Source: Bacteroidota bacterium (lineage in GTDB: Bacteria > Bacteroidota > Bacteroidia > Bacteroidales > GCA-2711565). From it: a stretch of 64,000 nucleotides of DNA. Each line of letters begins with the position of its first letter. Position 1 is the stretch's first letter. The translations under genes were made by a program, and so were the position numbers. The stretch is taken from contig PIVJ01000005.1 in assembly GCA_003353955.1 (NCBI GenBank), positions 479 through 64,478 of the forward strand. The letters are read 5' to 3'. The notes under the pieces were generated by a model that was not told where the DNA came from, ran no database searches, and worked only from the letters and a program-made list of their open reading frames with translations. Of this stretch, positions 28,442-38,919 are shown piece by piece.

Positions 28442-29701
28442 ATGTTCGATTTTTTTTCTGACCGGTTTATAGATTGGCTGATACAATTGGGTCTATCAAA
28501 CGATTTAGCCATAGATATTACAAATTACAGCGGCTTTGTACTTTTAGTAATTCTGAGTGGATTAACTTATTTCATGTTAAGATCTATTGGCACAAAAACA
28601 GTTCATTCCCTGGCTAAAAAAAGCAAGACACATTGGGACGATATTATCATGAGCAAGAAAGTCTTTATTCGCTTAGCCTATTTAATTCCAGTACTAATTC
28701 TTAATTTTTTCACCAAATATATTCTCTACAAATACACCATAAGCGTTAATATCTTAAATGGTTTGTTTCAGGTACTCATTATTATTATAGCTGTTTCAGT
28801 TGTAACGGCAGTATTGAATTCATTTAGTGAAATCTATCAATCTTATAAGATTGCCAAATCCCGCCCGATTAAAGGATATTTACAGGTGGCGAAAATAATT
28901 TTATATACCCTTGCGACAGTTGCCATAATTTCAATTTTCTATGGGAAGGATGGTTATAAATGGCTCGCCGGTTTCGGGGCATTTTCTGCTGTACTTATGC
29001 TGGTATTTAAAGATCCGATTTTAGGATTCGTTGGTGGTATCCAGCTTGCTTCTAATAATATGGTTAGAATTGACGATTGGATTTCTATGCCGAAATTTGG
29101 TGCAGATGGAAGCGTAATTGATATTACCCTAACCACAGTAAAAATTCAAAACTGGGATAAAACAATTGTTACCATTCCTACATACAACCTGGTAACAGAT
29201 TCATTCCAAAACTGGAGGGGGATGGAAGAATCGGGTGGACGAAGAATTAAGCGTTCGCTTAATATCGACATGAATAGTGTTAAATTTTGTGACGAAATAA
29301 TGCTAGATAAATTTAGAAGTTTTCTATTTATCAAAGAATATCTAAACGCAAAAGAAACAGAACTAACAAGCTATAATGAAAAATACAATATCGATAATTC
29401 AGTGTTGGTAAATGGAAGAAGACAAACAAATCTTGGTGTATTTAGGGCGTATTTAAAATCATATTTAAAACATAAGCCCGAAATAAATAATGAAATGACA
29501 TTTTTGATTCGTCAACTTCAACCAACAGAAAATGGAATCCCAATGGAGGTTTATGTGTTTAGTAAGATTCAGGATTGGGGCTTATATGAAGATATTCAGG
29601 CTGATATTTTTGATCACATATTAGCAGTAATTCCTCAATTTGAGTTAAAGGTATTTCAACAACCCAGCGGGTCTGATTTTCAGAAACTAAATAAATTATA
29701 G
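28442..29701 (+). CDS. Mechanosensitive ion channel (MscS family)
   Basis: 419 aa. Several N-terminal TM helices, then the pore/beta-domain signature FKDPILGFVGGIQLASNNMVRIDDWI...GSVIDITLTTVKIQNWD. Confidence 0.85.
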   Translation: MFDFFSDRFIDWLIQLGLSNDLAIDITNYSGFVLLVILSGLTYFMLRSIGTKTVHSLAKKSKTHWDDIIMSKKVFIRLAYLIPVLILNFFTKYILYKYTISVNILNGLFQVLIIIIAVSVVTAVLNSFSEIYQSYKIAKSRPIKGYLQVAKIILYTLATVAIISIFYGKDGYKWLAGFGAFSAVLMLVFKDPILGFVGGIQLASNNMVRIDDWISMPKFGADGSVIDITLTTVKIQNWDKTIVTIPTYNLVTDSFQNWRGMEESGGRRIKRSLNIDMNSVKFCDEIMLDKFRSFLFIKEYLNAKETELTSYNEKYNIDNSVLVNGRRQTNLGVFRAYLKSYLKHKPEINNEMTFLIRQLQPTENGIPMEVYVFSKIQDWGLYEDIQADIFDHILAVIPQFELKVFQQPSGSDFQKLNKL

Positions 29702-30223
29702 CGAATTTCCCCTGAGGTAATTCTCAACTTTTTCAAAAGCTATTTTAAACCATTCAGTGTAATTGTCAGGGTGATTATCAATATCATCTCTGAGTAATTC
29801 CATTTTCACAAATTTCCAGTCACAAACTTCATCTGTATTGATAAGCGGTGCTTCATCATAAGTTCCTACAAACACATGATCAAATTCATGCTCAATTAAT
29901 CCCTGACCGACTTCAGATTTATAAATAAAAGTAAAAGCAGAATTTAATGAACATTCAATACCCATTTCTTCCTTGAGTCTCTGAAAAGCATTTTCTTTAA
30001 TGCCTTCATTCAATTTTGGATGAGAACAACAAGTGTTAGTCCATAATCCGGGGGAATGATATTTTGATAATGCTCGCTGCTGAATCATTAATTCACCTTT
30101 TGAATTAAAAATAAAGACTGAAAACGCCCGATGCAGGCTTCCGGTCACATGAGCCTCTATTTTCTCTATGGTTCCAATGGCATTATCCTTTCGGTCAACT
30201 AATACAACTTTTTGTTTACTCAT
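29696..30223 (-). CDS. idi: Isopentenyl-diphosphate delta-isomerase, type 1 (Nudix fold)
   Basis: 175 aa. LHRAFSVFIFN, LWTNTCCSHP and EHEFDHVF motifs. Confidence 0.85.
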   Translation of the reverse strand: MSKQKVVLVDRKDNAIGTIEKIEAHVTGSLHRAFSVFIFNSKGELMIQQRALSKYHSPGLWTNTCCSHPKLNEGIKENAFQRLKEEMGIECSLNSAFTFIYKSEVGQGLIEHEFDHVFVGTYDEAPLINTDEVCDWKFVKMELLRDDIDNHPDNYTEWFKIAFEKVENYLRGNSL

Positions 30224-30413
30224 CCGTGTTTATCATTTGAGAAGGTGCAAAAATAACTAAAAATGATATCTAATCTCTATTAGATAATTTCAATGTAAAT
30301 ATAAACAATTCATTTATGTTTTTTAGTAAGTATTTACGGTCTGGCAATCTTTAGCTTATCTTTTAATCTTGAAAATAACATAAAAAAACTTGACAAAGCG
30401 GAGAGAATAACGC

Positions 30414-30421
30414 TATCTTTG
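30414..30421 (+). promoter_or_regulatory. Bacteroidota-type -7 box TAnnTTTG upstream of the TetR gene
   Basis: TATCTTTG, 32 nt upstream of the ATG at 30453, with CTTGACAAAG about 20 nt further upstream. Confidence 0.5.
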
Positions 30422-30452
30422 ACTGACCGCTCACCCATAAAACGTTACAATA

Positions 30453-31040
30453 ATGTCACCACGAACTGAAAAACAATTTAAGGAAATAAGGGAAAGCAAG
30501 AAAGCATTGATTGTAAATGCTGCGATGGAGCTTTTTGCTAATGAAGGTTATCACCCTGCATCCATTAGTAAAATTGCAAAGAATGCAGGAATTTCAAAAG
30601 GGTTAATTTACAATTACTTTGAAAGCAAAGAAGATTTGCTATTGCAGATTATGACAGCCGGACTAGATGAAATGGCTTCTGCATTTGATCCCAATAATGA
30701 TGGTGTTTTGAGTGAAGAAGAAATGGCAAGTTTTATTTATGGTATTTTCACAATGCTAAAAGAAAAACACGAATACTGGAAACTCTACTATGCCGTTTTC
30801 TTTCAACCAAAAGTAAGTAAACTCCTTGAGTCAAAATTTGTTGAGTTATATACAAAAATGATGAAAATTCTGACTGATTATTATCAGTCTCATGGAGTAA
30901 AAAACCCAGAACAAGAAGCACTGCTTTTCGGAGCACTCATTGATGGAATGGCCTTCAACTACATTTTAAACCCTAAGCTTTTTCCTATCGAATCATTAAT
31001 TGAAACTGTAAAAGATAAATTTTGTTATATCAAAAAATAA
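30453..31040 (+). CDS. TetR/AcrR family transcriptional regulator
   Basis: 195 aa. N-terminal HTH AAMELFANEGYHPASISKIAKNAGISKGLIYNYFESKEDLL. Confidence 0.85.
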   Translation: MSPRTEKQFKEIRESKKALIVNAAMELFANEGYHPASISKIAKNAGISKGLIYNYFESKEDLLLQIMTAGLDEMASAFDPNNDGVLSEEEMASFIYGIFTMLKEKHEYWKLYYAVFFQPKVSKLLESKFVELYTKMMKILTDYYQSHGVKNPEQEALLFGALIDGMAFNYILNPKLFPIESLIETVKDKFCYIKK

Positions 31041-31051
31041 AAATTATACCA

Positions 31052-31825
31052 ATGAAATCAATACTCAAGTCGGTTGTAATATTATTTCTAATCTCAACCG
31101 TTACGCAATTAAATGCACAAGATTTATCAGCACGTGATATTGTTGAAAAGTCTAATAATTTATTCCTGGGTCGATCAAGTGTAAGCACCATGACAATGAG
31201 TATTATTCGTCCTGAGTGGTCACGCACATTTACGATGCAAAGTTGGTCCTTGGGGAATGATTTTTACATCATTTACATCACTGCTCCTGCACGAGATAAA
31301 GGTCAGATTTTTATGAAGCGAAAAAACGAAATGTGGAATTGGATGCCTACCATAAATCGCATAATAAAAATCCCACCCTCAATGATGATGCAATCATGGA
31401 TGGGTTCTGATTTCAGCAATGACGACGTGGTGAGAGCAAATTCTATTGTTGAAGATTATACACATAGAATTATCGGAGAAAAAGAAATCGAAGGATTAAA
31501 CTGTTATGAAATTGAACTAATTCCATTAGATGATGCACCTGTTGTTTGGGGCAAAGTTATTATGTGGATAGCCAAAGAAGAATATTTCCAACTCCAAACC
31601 GAATATTACGACGATTATATGGAATTGGTGAATATTGCAAAAGGATCAGAAATTGAAATGATGGATGGCAAAGAAATTCCAACACTTTTAAGTATTTCAC
31701 CTGTTGATAAGCCCAAAAACATAACAGAATTAAAAATCACCTATCAGGATTTTGATATTCCTTCAATTACTAAATCGTTCTTTTCTCAACAAAACATGAA
31801 AAGAATCAGGCCTCGAAATAAGTAA
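31052..31825 (+). CDS. Outer membrane lipoprotein-sorting (LolA-like) protein
   Basis: Signal peptide MKSILKSVVILFLISTVTQLNAQ. WMGSDFSNDDV and surrounding sequence fit the LolA-like family that accompanies FtsX-type ABC systems. Confidence 0.7.
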   Translation: MKSILKSVVILFLISTVTQLNAQDLSARDIVEKSNNLFLGRSSVSTMTMSIIRPEWSRTFTMQSWSLGNDFYIIYITAPARDKGQIFMKRKNEMWNWMPTINRIIKIPPSMMMQSWMGSDFSNDDVVRANSIVEDYTHRIIGEKEIEGLNCYEIELIPLDDAPVVWGKVIMWIAKEEYFQLQTEYYDDYMELVNIAKGSEIEMMDGKEIPTLLSISPVDKPKNITELKITYQDFDIPSITKSFFSQQNMKRIRPRNK

Positions 31826-31831
31826 AAAATT

Positions 31832-33055
31832 ATGGAAACATTGTTTAAAATTGCATGGCGCGGTCTTTGGCGAAATAAACGCCGAACCTTAATAACAACA
31901 ACATCTGTTTTTCTAGCAGTGTTTCTGGCGCTGTTTATGCGATCTATACAAATTGGATCCTATGAGTTAATGATTGATAGTGCCGTAACAGAGGCAGGCC
32001 ATCTACAAGTTCACGACAGTGGTTTTTGGGAAAGTAAATCTATTAATGATTCATTTATTTATTCCGAATCCTTAAAAAACAAAATTGAAGGTGCCGAAAA
32101 TGTAAAAACAGTAATTCCAAAACTTGAAACTTTTGCGTTGGGTTCTTATGGAGAAATGACAAAGGGATTTATGCTACAAGGCATCATACCTGAATTAGAA
32201 GATCTCAGGAAAAACATCTCTGACAAACTTGTTGAAGGTCGATTTTTAAATACGAATGATGATGGAATAGTACTAGCCGAGGGTTTAGCGAAGTTTTTTA
32301 AGATTGGAGTAAATGACACAATTGTTCTCATTGGACAAGGTTATCAGGGCATCTCGGCTGTCGGGATATTTCCTGTAGTTGGAATTATAAAGTATCCTAT
32401 TCCAAAACTTAACAATTTTATTACTTATATGAGTCTGAGCAAAGTACAGGAAGTATTTGCACCTTATCATCCGGGCTTAGTATCAACCATAGTCATTGAT
32501 CTGAAAAGTGATAAGAATCTGAAAACAGAAGCTAAAGAAATAAACTCACTGCTAGGTTCAAAATATGAGGTCATTCCTTGGACCATCATGCTTGCCGAGG
32601 TGGTACAACAAATTGAAGGAGATAATGTTGGAGGTCTAATAATGTTAGCAATACTTTATCTTATCGTAACCTTTGGTATTTTCGGAACCATACTTATGAT
32701 GACGATGGAGCGACGCAAAGAATTTGCTGTTATGGTTGCCGTCGGCATGCACCGTGGCAAATTAGCCATCGTCGTTTGCATTGAGACTCTAATGATTGGG
32801 TTAATGGGAGTAGTCTCAGGAATACTTGCAAGTTTACCCTTACTTCAATACTTATATCGTAATCCAATACCACTAAAAGGTGAAGCAGCTAAAATGATGC
32901 TTGAATTTAACATCGAACCAATTATGCCTTTCTCTCTTGAATTATTCATTTTCTCAAATCAAGGTGTAACGATTTTAATATTGGCATTTATTACGGCACT
33001 CTATCCTATTATCTATGTAAATCGATTTAAAATACTAAAAGCCATGCGCTCTTAA
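31832..33055 (+). CDS. ABC transporter permease, FtsX/MacB-like
   Basis: 407 aa. N-terminal TM helix, large periplasmic domain and a C-terminal FtsX 3-TM bundle. Confidence 0.8.
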   Translation: METLFKIAWRGLWRNKRRTLITTTSVFLAVFLALFMRSIQIGSYELMIDSAVTEAGHLQVHDSGFWESKSINDSFIYSESLKNKIEGAENVKTVIPKLETFALGSYGEMTKGFMLQGIIPELEDLRKNISDKLVEGRFLNTNDDGIVLAEGLAKFFKIGVNDTIVLIGQGYQGISAVGIFPVVGIIKYPIPKLNNFITYMSLSKVQEVFAPYHPGLVSTIVIDLKSDKNLKTEAKEINSLLGSKYEVIPWTIMLAEVVQQIEGDNVGGLIMLAILYLIVTFGIFGTILMMTMERRKEFAVMVAVGMHRGKLAIVVCIETLMIGLMGVVSGILASLPLLQYLYRNPIPLKGEAAKMMLEFNIEPIMPFSLELFIFSNQGVTILILAFITALYPIIYVNRFKILKAMRS

Positions 33056-33078
33056 TTTCACAACATAAAATTAAAAAA

Positions 33079-34317
33079 ATGATTTGGTCAATTGCCTGGA
33101 GAAATATTTGGAGAAACAAAATTAGAAGCCTGGCAATTATTATTGCCGTTACAATAGGCTTGTTTGGAGGCATTATTTACGATGCCTTTGCTGTTGGAAT
33201 GATGCAGCAAAGAGTAAACGCAGCCATCAGCAATGAGATTTCTAATATCCAGATCCATAATCCTTCATACCTGCTTAATGAAGAAGTAAAGTTCGTTATT
33301 AAAAACCAGGATAACATTATTACTGGCATTAAAGAAATAGAAGGTGTTAAATCCGTCAGTAGTAGAATTAAAGTATTGGCCATGGCTAGTACAGCTGAAA
33401 CCGGTGCCGGCATCATGCTTAACGGTATTAATCCTGAGAATGAGAAACAAGTAACAAAACTGTCAGAACAATTAGTGGAGGGGGATTACATTAATGCTCA
33501 GGATAGAATTCCAATTGTGATAGGTCAAAAACTGGCTAAAAAATTAAACGCCCGTCTGCGATCAAAAATTGTAATTACCGCAGCCAATGCTGAAGGTATT
33601 ATTTCTTATGGTGCATTTCGCGTCACTGGCATTTATCACACTGAAAACAATATGTTTGACGAAATAAATGTATTCGTCAGAAAAAGTGATTTATCCGGAA
33701 TGCTTGGCATGAACCAGAACGATGTAAATGAAATTGCAATCACATTGTTTGATCATGATCAAAGTATCCCAATCACCAATATCTTGAAGAATAAATATGC
33801 AGGTCAAATTAAACGGGAAGAATTAACTATTCGTCCCTGGACAGAGATTACCCCTTCCTTAAATGCAATGATTGAAATGATGGATTCTTTTTCATATATT
33901 TTTATGATAATTATTTTAATCGCGCTGGCATTCGGAATTGTTAACACTATGCTCATGGTCGTAATAGAGAGAATAAAAGAATTGGGAATGCTAAAAGCTA
34001 TAGGCATGACCAGCCAACGAATTTTCCAGATGATCATGCTTGAAACCGTATTTCTTTCAATTATTGGAGGTATGGTTGGATTGTTCTTATGTACAATAAT
34101 GATTAAGTACTACGGTTATTATGGTCTTAATTTAGAATCCTTAAAAGAAGGCTATAATTCCATGGGATTTAGTTCGATAGTCTATCCCCATGTTAACTTA
34201 ACGTTTTATCTGGGAACCACAATTCTAGTCATTGTGACAGCAATCATTGCAAGTATTTATCCGGCACGAAAAGCATTAAAACTAAATCCGGCAGTAGCCA
34301 TACGAGAAAACAATTAA
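33079..34317 (+). CDS. ABC transporter permease, FtsX/MacB-like (paralogue)
   Basis: 412 aa with the same architecture as the upstream gene. ERIKELGMLKAIGM FtsX motif. Confidence 0.8.
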   Translation: MIWSIAWRNIWRNKIRSLAIIIAVTIGLFGGIIYDAFAVGMMQQRVNAAISNEISNIQIHNPSYLLNEEVKFVIKNQDNIITGIKEIEGVKSVSSRIKVLAMASTAETGAGIMLNGINPENEKQVTKLSEQLVEGDYINAQDRIPIVIGQKLAKKLNARLRSKIVITAANAEGIISYGAFRVTGIYHTENNMFDEINVFVRKSDLSGMLGMNQNDVNEIAITLFDHDQSIPITNILKNKYAGQIKREELTIRPWTEITPSLNAMIEMMDSFSYIFMIIILIALAFGIVNTMLMVVIERIKELGMLKAIGMTSQRIFQMIMLETVFLSIIGGMVGLFLCTIMIKYYGYYGLNLESLKEGYNSMGFSSIVYPHVNLTFYLGTTILVIVTAIIASIYPARKALKLNPAVAIRENN

Positions 34318-34352
34318 AAAAATATAATATAATAAATTATAAAAATAAAGTC

Positions 34353-35048
34353 ATGGGAGTAATAAAAATTTCAAATCTTTATAAAATTTATGATGAATCT
34401 AAAATTCCTGTAAAAGCCGTTAACGGAATTGATTTAACAATCTGCCAGGGTGAGTTTACAGCCATTGTTGGTCCTTCAGGGTCAGGAAAAACTACCTTTT
34501 TAAATATGGTTGGCGGCCTTGACAAACCCACCAAAGGTGAAATTAAAATTGACAACATTGACATTGGAGATCTTCCGCCTCGTAAATTGATAGACTATCG
34601 CCTGAATAATATTGGTTTTGTTTTTCAGGCTTATAATTTAATACCTGTTTTAACGGCACTAGAAAATGTGGCATTTATTATGCAACTACAAAGAAAAGGC
34701 AAGAAAGAACGAAATAAAATTGCCAGAGAGCTTCTTGAAACAGTTGGTATTGGAGACAAACTAGATAGGCGACCCGGTGATTTATCAGGTGGGCAACAGC
34801 AGCGAGTATCAGTTGCAAGGGCATTGGCTTCTAAACCAAAATTTATTTTGGCCGATGAACCTACGGCTAATCTGGATTCGAAATCGACCAATGAGTTGCT
34901 TGATTTGATGTTGAAAATGAACAAAGAACTAGATACTACTTTCATCTTTTCAACCCACGATCAACGGGTGATGGATAAAGCCCGTAGGATTATCACAATT
35001 GATGATGGGAAAGTAACCAGCGACGTGAGGAAAAACGGATCAAAATGA
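34353..35048 (+). CDS. ABC transporter ATP-binding protein (LolD/MacB type)
   Basis: Walker A GPSGSGKTT, signature LSGGQQQRVSVARAL, Walker B FILADEPT. Confidence 0.9.
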   Translation: MGVIKISNLYKIYDESKIPVKAVNGIDLTICQGEFTAIVGPSGSGKTTFLNMVGGLDKPTKGEIKIDNIDIGDLPPRKLIDYRLNNIGFVFQAYNLIPVLTALENVAFIMQLQRKGKKERNKIARELLETVGIGDKLDRRPGDLSGGQQQRVSVARALASKPKFILADEPTANLDSKSTNELLDLMLKMNKELDTTFIFSTHDQRVMDKARRIITIDDGKVTSDVRKNGSK

Positions 35049-36202
35049 AAAAATTAATAATTGTATTTTTTCTGGGATTTCTTTCTGGTTCTTTATTTTC
35101 TCAAGAGGAAAATAAAAACTACACTTTAGGCGGATATTTACAAACATTAGAAATGGTTTGGGTTCCCACAAATACTTCTCAATGGCTGACAATGAATACC
35201 CTCTCAAACAGAATTGATTTCAGATGGTACTCGGGTGATAAAATTGAAACTTACGTAGCGATGCGCAATATTGTAAGCTATGGTCAAATTCCATTTGATT
35301 TTTATCCTTATATGGCCGACCTTTCTGTAAATGATAATGGAAAACTAGATTTAACCCACTTAATCACAAAAGATTCATCCTATTTTATGATGACTAATAT
35401 TGATCGGGCTTATTTTCAATTTACCAATGATAAATTTGAATTGGTTGTTGGTCGTCAAAGAATTAATTGGGGAATCAATTTGGTTTGGACTCCAAATGAT
35501 ATCTTCAACTCTTCAAACTATTTCGATTTTGATTATGTTCAAAGACCCGGCAGTGATGCCATACTTGCACAATATTATACGGGTATGAGTTCATCCATTC
35601 AATTCGCAATAAAAATGGATAAGGATGATAAAACCACGTATGCCGCTTTGTATCGCTGTAATAATTGGAAGTATGATTTTCAGATCTTAGCCGGTGTGAT
35701 GAGAGACGACATTGTACTTGGCGCAGGTTGGGCAGGACAAATAGGATGTGCAGGTTTTGTGGGTGAAGGAACCTACTTTAAAAATAAAAATCATAGTGAC
35801 TCATCCGGAGTTTTCGTTGCCTCTGTTACCTTCAATTATTCTTTTAAAAAAGGATTGTTTTTGCAAGCGGCAATATTATTTAATAGCGCCGGCACAACAC
35901 AAAATGCTGGTCAGGAAGGTATGTTCGCATTAGATAAAGAAATATCCGCCAAGACTTTTACAAGAGCAAAGTTTTCAACATTCATTCAGGCATCTATGCC
36001 TTTAAGCCCGTTAATTAATACGAGTATTTCAGGAATATTTAATCCCAATGACAAATCAGGTTATTTTGGACCCTCAATTGATATCTCACTCAATGAAAAT
36101 ATTGGGTTCATGATAATGAGTCAACTTTTTATGGGAAATACTGGTAGTGAGTTCGGTAGTTACGGATCAATGCTTTTCTCCCGATTAAAATGGTCATTTT
36201 AA
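35045..36202 (+). CDS. Putative outer-membrane beta-barrel protein
   Basis: 385 aa. Signal peptide MKKLIIVFFLGFLSGSLFSQ, alternating aromatic beta-strand pattern and C-terminal ...RLKWSF. The start overlaps the ABC ATPase stop (ATGA). Confidence 0.6.
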   Translation: MKKLIIVFFLGFLSGSLFSQEENKNYTLGGYLQTLEMVWVPTNTSQWLTMNTLSNRIDFRWYSGDKIETYVAMRNIVSYGQIPFDFYPYMADLSVNDNGKLDLTHLITKDSSYFMMTNIDRAYFQFTNDKFELVVGRQRINWGINLVWTPNDIFNSSNYFDFDYVQRPGSDAILAQYYTGMSSSIQFAIKMDKDDKTTYAALYRCNNWKYDFQILAGVMRDDIVLGAGWAGQIGCAGFVGEGTYFKNKNHSDSSGVFVASVTFNYSFKKGLFLQAAILFNSAGTTQNAGQEGMFALDKEISAKTFTRAKFSTFIQASMPLSPLINTSISGIFNPNDKSGYFGPSIDISLNENIGFMIMSQLFMGNTGSEFGSYGSMLFSRLKWSF

Positions 36203-36315
36203 TTAAATATAAAGTTATTAGCATCTGAGTTTTAGTTATTTTTACAAAATTGAAGTATTGGGGTGTTATCGAAACAATTGTTAATAAAATACTTTGTTAT
36301 ATAAAAACTTTACTT

Positions 36316-36323
36316 TATTTTTG
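36316..36323 (+). promoter_or_regulatory. Bacteroidota-type -7 box TAnnTTTG upstream of rpsO
   Basis: TATTTTTG, 34 nt upstream of the ATG at 36357. It lies within the ORF-track N-terminal extension. Confidence 0.5.
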
Positions 36324-36356
36324 CACCCCGAAAACAAGAACGTAATTAATATTAAT

Positions 36357-36626
36357 ATGTACATAACATCAGAAATAAAAAAGGACATTTTTAAAGAATA
36401 CGGAAAGTCTGAATTAGACAGTGGTTCGGCAGAAGGTCAGGTAGCATTGTTTACATTCAGGATTAAACACTTAACCAGCCATCTTAAAATAAACAATAAA
36501 GATAAAGCAACTGAAAGATCTTTAGTTCGATTAGTAGGAAAAAGAAGAAAACTACTCGATTATCTTAAAAACAATGATATTGAAAGATATCGTGCGATTA
36601 TCAAAACCTTAGGTTTAAGAAAATAA
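36357..36626 (+). CDS. rpsO: 30S ribosomal protein S15
   Basis: 89 aa from MYITSEIKKDIFKEYG. GSAEGQVALFTFRIKHLTSHLK and LVRLVGKRRKLLDYL are S15 signatures. Immediately upstream of pnp, as usual. Confidence 0.9.
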   Translation: MYITSEIKKDIFKEYGKSELDSGSAEGQVALFTFRIKHLTSHLKINNKDKATERSLVRLVGKRRKLLDYLKNNDIERYRAIIKTLGLRK

Positions 36627-36642
36627 CAGAAATGATACATCC

Positions 36643-36675
36643 AAAAAAGGTAATTTATAAATTACCTTTTTTTTT
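36643..36675 (+). terminator. Rho-independent terminator/attenuator between rpsO and pnp
   Basis: GGTAATTTA/TAAATTACC perfect stem flanked by A6 and T9 runs. Confidence 0.75.
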
Positions 36676-36711
36676 CTTCATACAACAAAAAATAATATCA
36701 ATATAGAAAAT

Positions 36712-38847
36712 ATGCCAAAATTAGGTTTAACAAAATCCTTTAATTTAGGGGATAATAGAACCGTTACGATTGAGACCGGTAAACTTGCTAAACAAGCAGA
36801 TGGATCAGTAGTAGTTAGTTCGGGAGATACTATGCTCCTTGCTACCGTTGTAGCTAACAAAGAGGCACGAGAAGATGTAGACTTCATGCCACTTTCAGTC
36901 GATTATAAAGAAAAATATGCCGCAACCGGTAAATTCCCGGGTGGATTTTTTAAGCGTGAAGCACGCCCATCCGATTACGAAGTAATCATTGCTCGTTTAG
37001 TGGATAGAGCATTACGCCCACTGTTCCCAGATGACTTTCACGCAGAGACACAAGTCCAAATAGCCCTTATTTCAGGTAATCTGGACACAGCTCCTGATGC
37101 CATGGCTGCTTTAGCCGCATCAGCGGCATTAACTGTATCAGACATTCCATTTAATGGGCCGATTTCTGAAGTAAGAGTTGCCAGAATAGATGGTAAGATG
37201 GTGATTAACCCATCAATCTCAGATATAGAAAAAGCAGATTTAGAGATGATTGTTGCCGCTACAATCGATAACATTATGATGGTGGAAGGTGAAATGAAAG
37301 AAGTTCCTGAAGCAATCATGTTAGAGGCAATTAAAGTTGCTCATGAGGCAATTAAAGTACAATGTCAGGCACAATTAGATTTAGCCAGCGAGGTTAAAAA
37401 GGCCAACCCTAAACGCGAATATTGTCATGAAACAAATGACGATGACTTAAAAGAGCAAACCCAAAAAGCAACTTATGACAAGGCTTACAAAGTTGCAGCA
37501 ATGGGATTGGCTGACAAGCACAAACGTTCTGAACTTTTTAGTGAAATCAGACAAGAATTTAGTGATTCGTTACCTGAAGAAGAAGCAATTGAAAAAAATT
37601 CTTTGATCAAACGATATTTTCACGAAGTAGAAAAAGATGCTGTTCGTAATTGTGTTTTGGATACAAAACTTCGTTTGGATGGACGCAAATTGGATGAAAT
37701 CAGACCCATTTGGACTGAAGTTGATTATTTACCCTCAACTCATGGTTCTGCAATTTTCACACGAGGTGAAACCCAATCTTTAGTAACCGTAACTTTAGGT
37801 TCAAAGATGGATGAGCAATTAATAGATGGTGCCATTTTTGAAGGTAAGAGTAACTTCTTATTACACTATAATTTCCCATCATTTTCAACAGGTGAAGCCA
37901 GACCTAACAGAGGAACCAGCAGAAGAGAAGTTGGACATGGTAATTTAGCGTTACGTGCACTTAAACAAGTGATCCCTTCTGGAGTTGATAATCCATATAC
38001 CATCAGAATTGTTTCTGATATTCTTGAATCCAATGGATCTTCATCTATGGCTTCAGTTTGTGGTGGCACCTTGGCTCTTATGGACGCTGGCGTAAAAATC
38101 ACCAAAGCTGTTTCAGGTATTGCTATGGGTTTAATTGCAGATACAAAATCAGGGAGATTTGCAATTCTATCTGATATCTTAGGTGATGAAGATCACTTGG
38201 GCGATATGGATTTTAAAGTAACCGGAACCAAAGATGGCATCACTGCTTGCCAGATGGATATCAAAGTGGATGGTCTTTCTTACGAAGTATTGGAACAAGC
38301 ACTCGAGCAAGCTCGCCTTGGGCGCCTTCACATTTTAGAAGAAATGGAGAAAACCATTGCTGAACCAAGAGAAGATTACAAACCACATGTCCCAAGAATT
38401 GAGAAGATGATTATTCCTAAAGAATTTATTGGTGCAGTTATTGGACCCGGAGGAAAAATCATTCAGGAATTACAACTCACCACAAACACAACCATCGCTA
38501 TCGAAGAGGTAGACAATACTGGAGTTATTGACATCGTTTCAAGCAATAAAGAAGACATTGAAGCGGCTATAAACCGCATCAAACAAATTGTTGCTGTACC
38601 TGAAATTGGTGAAGTTTACCAAGGCGTAGTTAAGAACATTACAGCATTTGGTGCATTCGTTGAAATAATTCCGGGGAAAGATGGATTATTACACATCTCA
38701 GAAATTTCCTGGAATCGCGTTGAAAATGTAGAATCTGTACTAAAAGCAGGAGATAAAATTGAAGTTAAGCTAATCGGGATTGATCCTAAAACCGGTAAAT
38801 TAAAACTATCAAGAAAAGTTCTTTTATCCAAACCAGAAAAAAACTAG
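36712..38847 (+). CDS. pnp: Polyribonucleotide nucleotidyltransferase (PNPase)
   Basis: 711 aa. Two RNase PH-like domains, KH ([15 protein letters not shown]) and S1 ([15 protein letters not shown]) domains. Confidence 0.95.
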   Translation: MPKLGLTKSFNLGDNRTVTIETGKLAKQADGSVVVSSGDTMLLATVVANKEAREDVDFMPLSVDYKEKYAATGKFPGGFFKREARPSDYEVIIARLVDRALRPLFPDDFHAETQVQIALISGNLDTAPDAMAALAASAALTVSDIPFNGPISEVRVARIDGKMVINPSISDIEKADLEMIVAATIDNIMMVEGEMKEVPEAIMLEAIKVAHEAIKVQCQAQLDLASEVKKANPKREYCHETNDDDLKEQTQKATYDKAYKVAAMGLADKHKRSELFSEIRQEFSDSLPEEEAIEKNSLIKRYFHEVEKDAVRNCVLDTKLRLDGRKLDEIRPIWTEVDYLPSTHGSAIFTRGETQSLVTVTLGSKMDEQLIDGAIFEGKSNFLLHYNFPSFSTGEARPNRGTSRREVGHGNLALRALKQVIPSGVDNPYTIRIVSDILESNGSSSMASVCGGTLALMDAGVKITKAVSGIAMGLIADTKSGRFAILSDILGDEDHLGDMDFKVTGTKDGITACQMDIKVDGLSYEVLEQALEQARLGRLHILEEMEKTIAEPREDYKPHVPRIEKMIIPKEFIGAVIGPGGKIIQELQLTTNTTIAIEEVDNTGVIDIVSSNKEDIEAAINRIKQIVAVPEIGEVYQGVVKNITAFGAFVEIIPGKDGLLHISEISWNRVENVESVLKAGDKIEVKLIGIDPKTGKLKLSRKVLLSKPEKN

Positions 38848-38919
38848 TTTCTTTTGAAACTTTATATGGTAGATTATCGTAATATACCAACGCGAATTTA
38901 ATTAACCTCGCTCAAAAAG

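Noticed and set aside
1231-34945. Antisense ORFs inside long genes, for example 1231-1530, 5096-5401, 13169-13522, 25984-26310, 34631-34945, 37038-37319 and 39480-39758
   Set aside because: All lie fully inside well-supported genes on the opposite strand, have low-complexity or odd composition, and have no promoter box or independent motif. I treat them as shadow ORFs.
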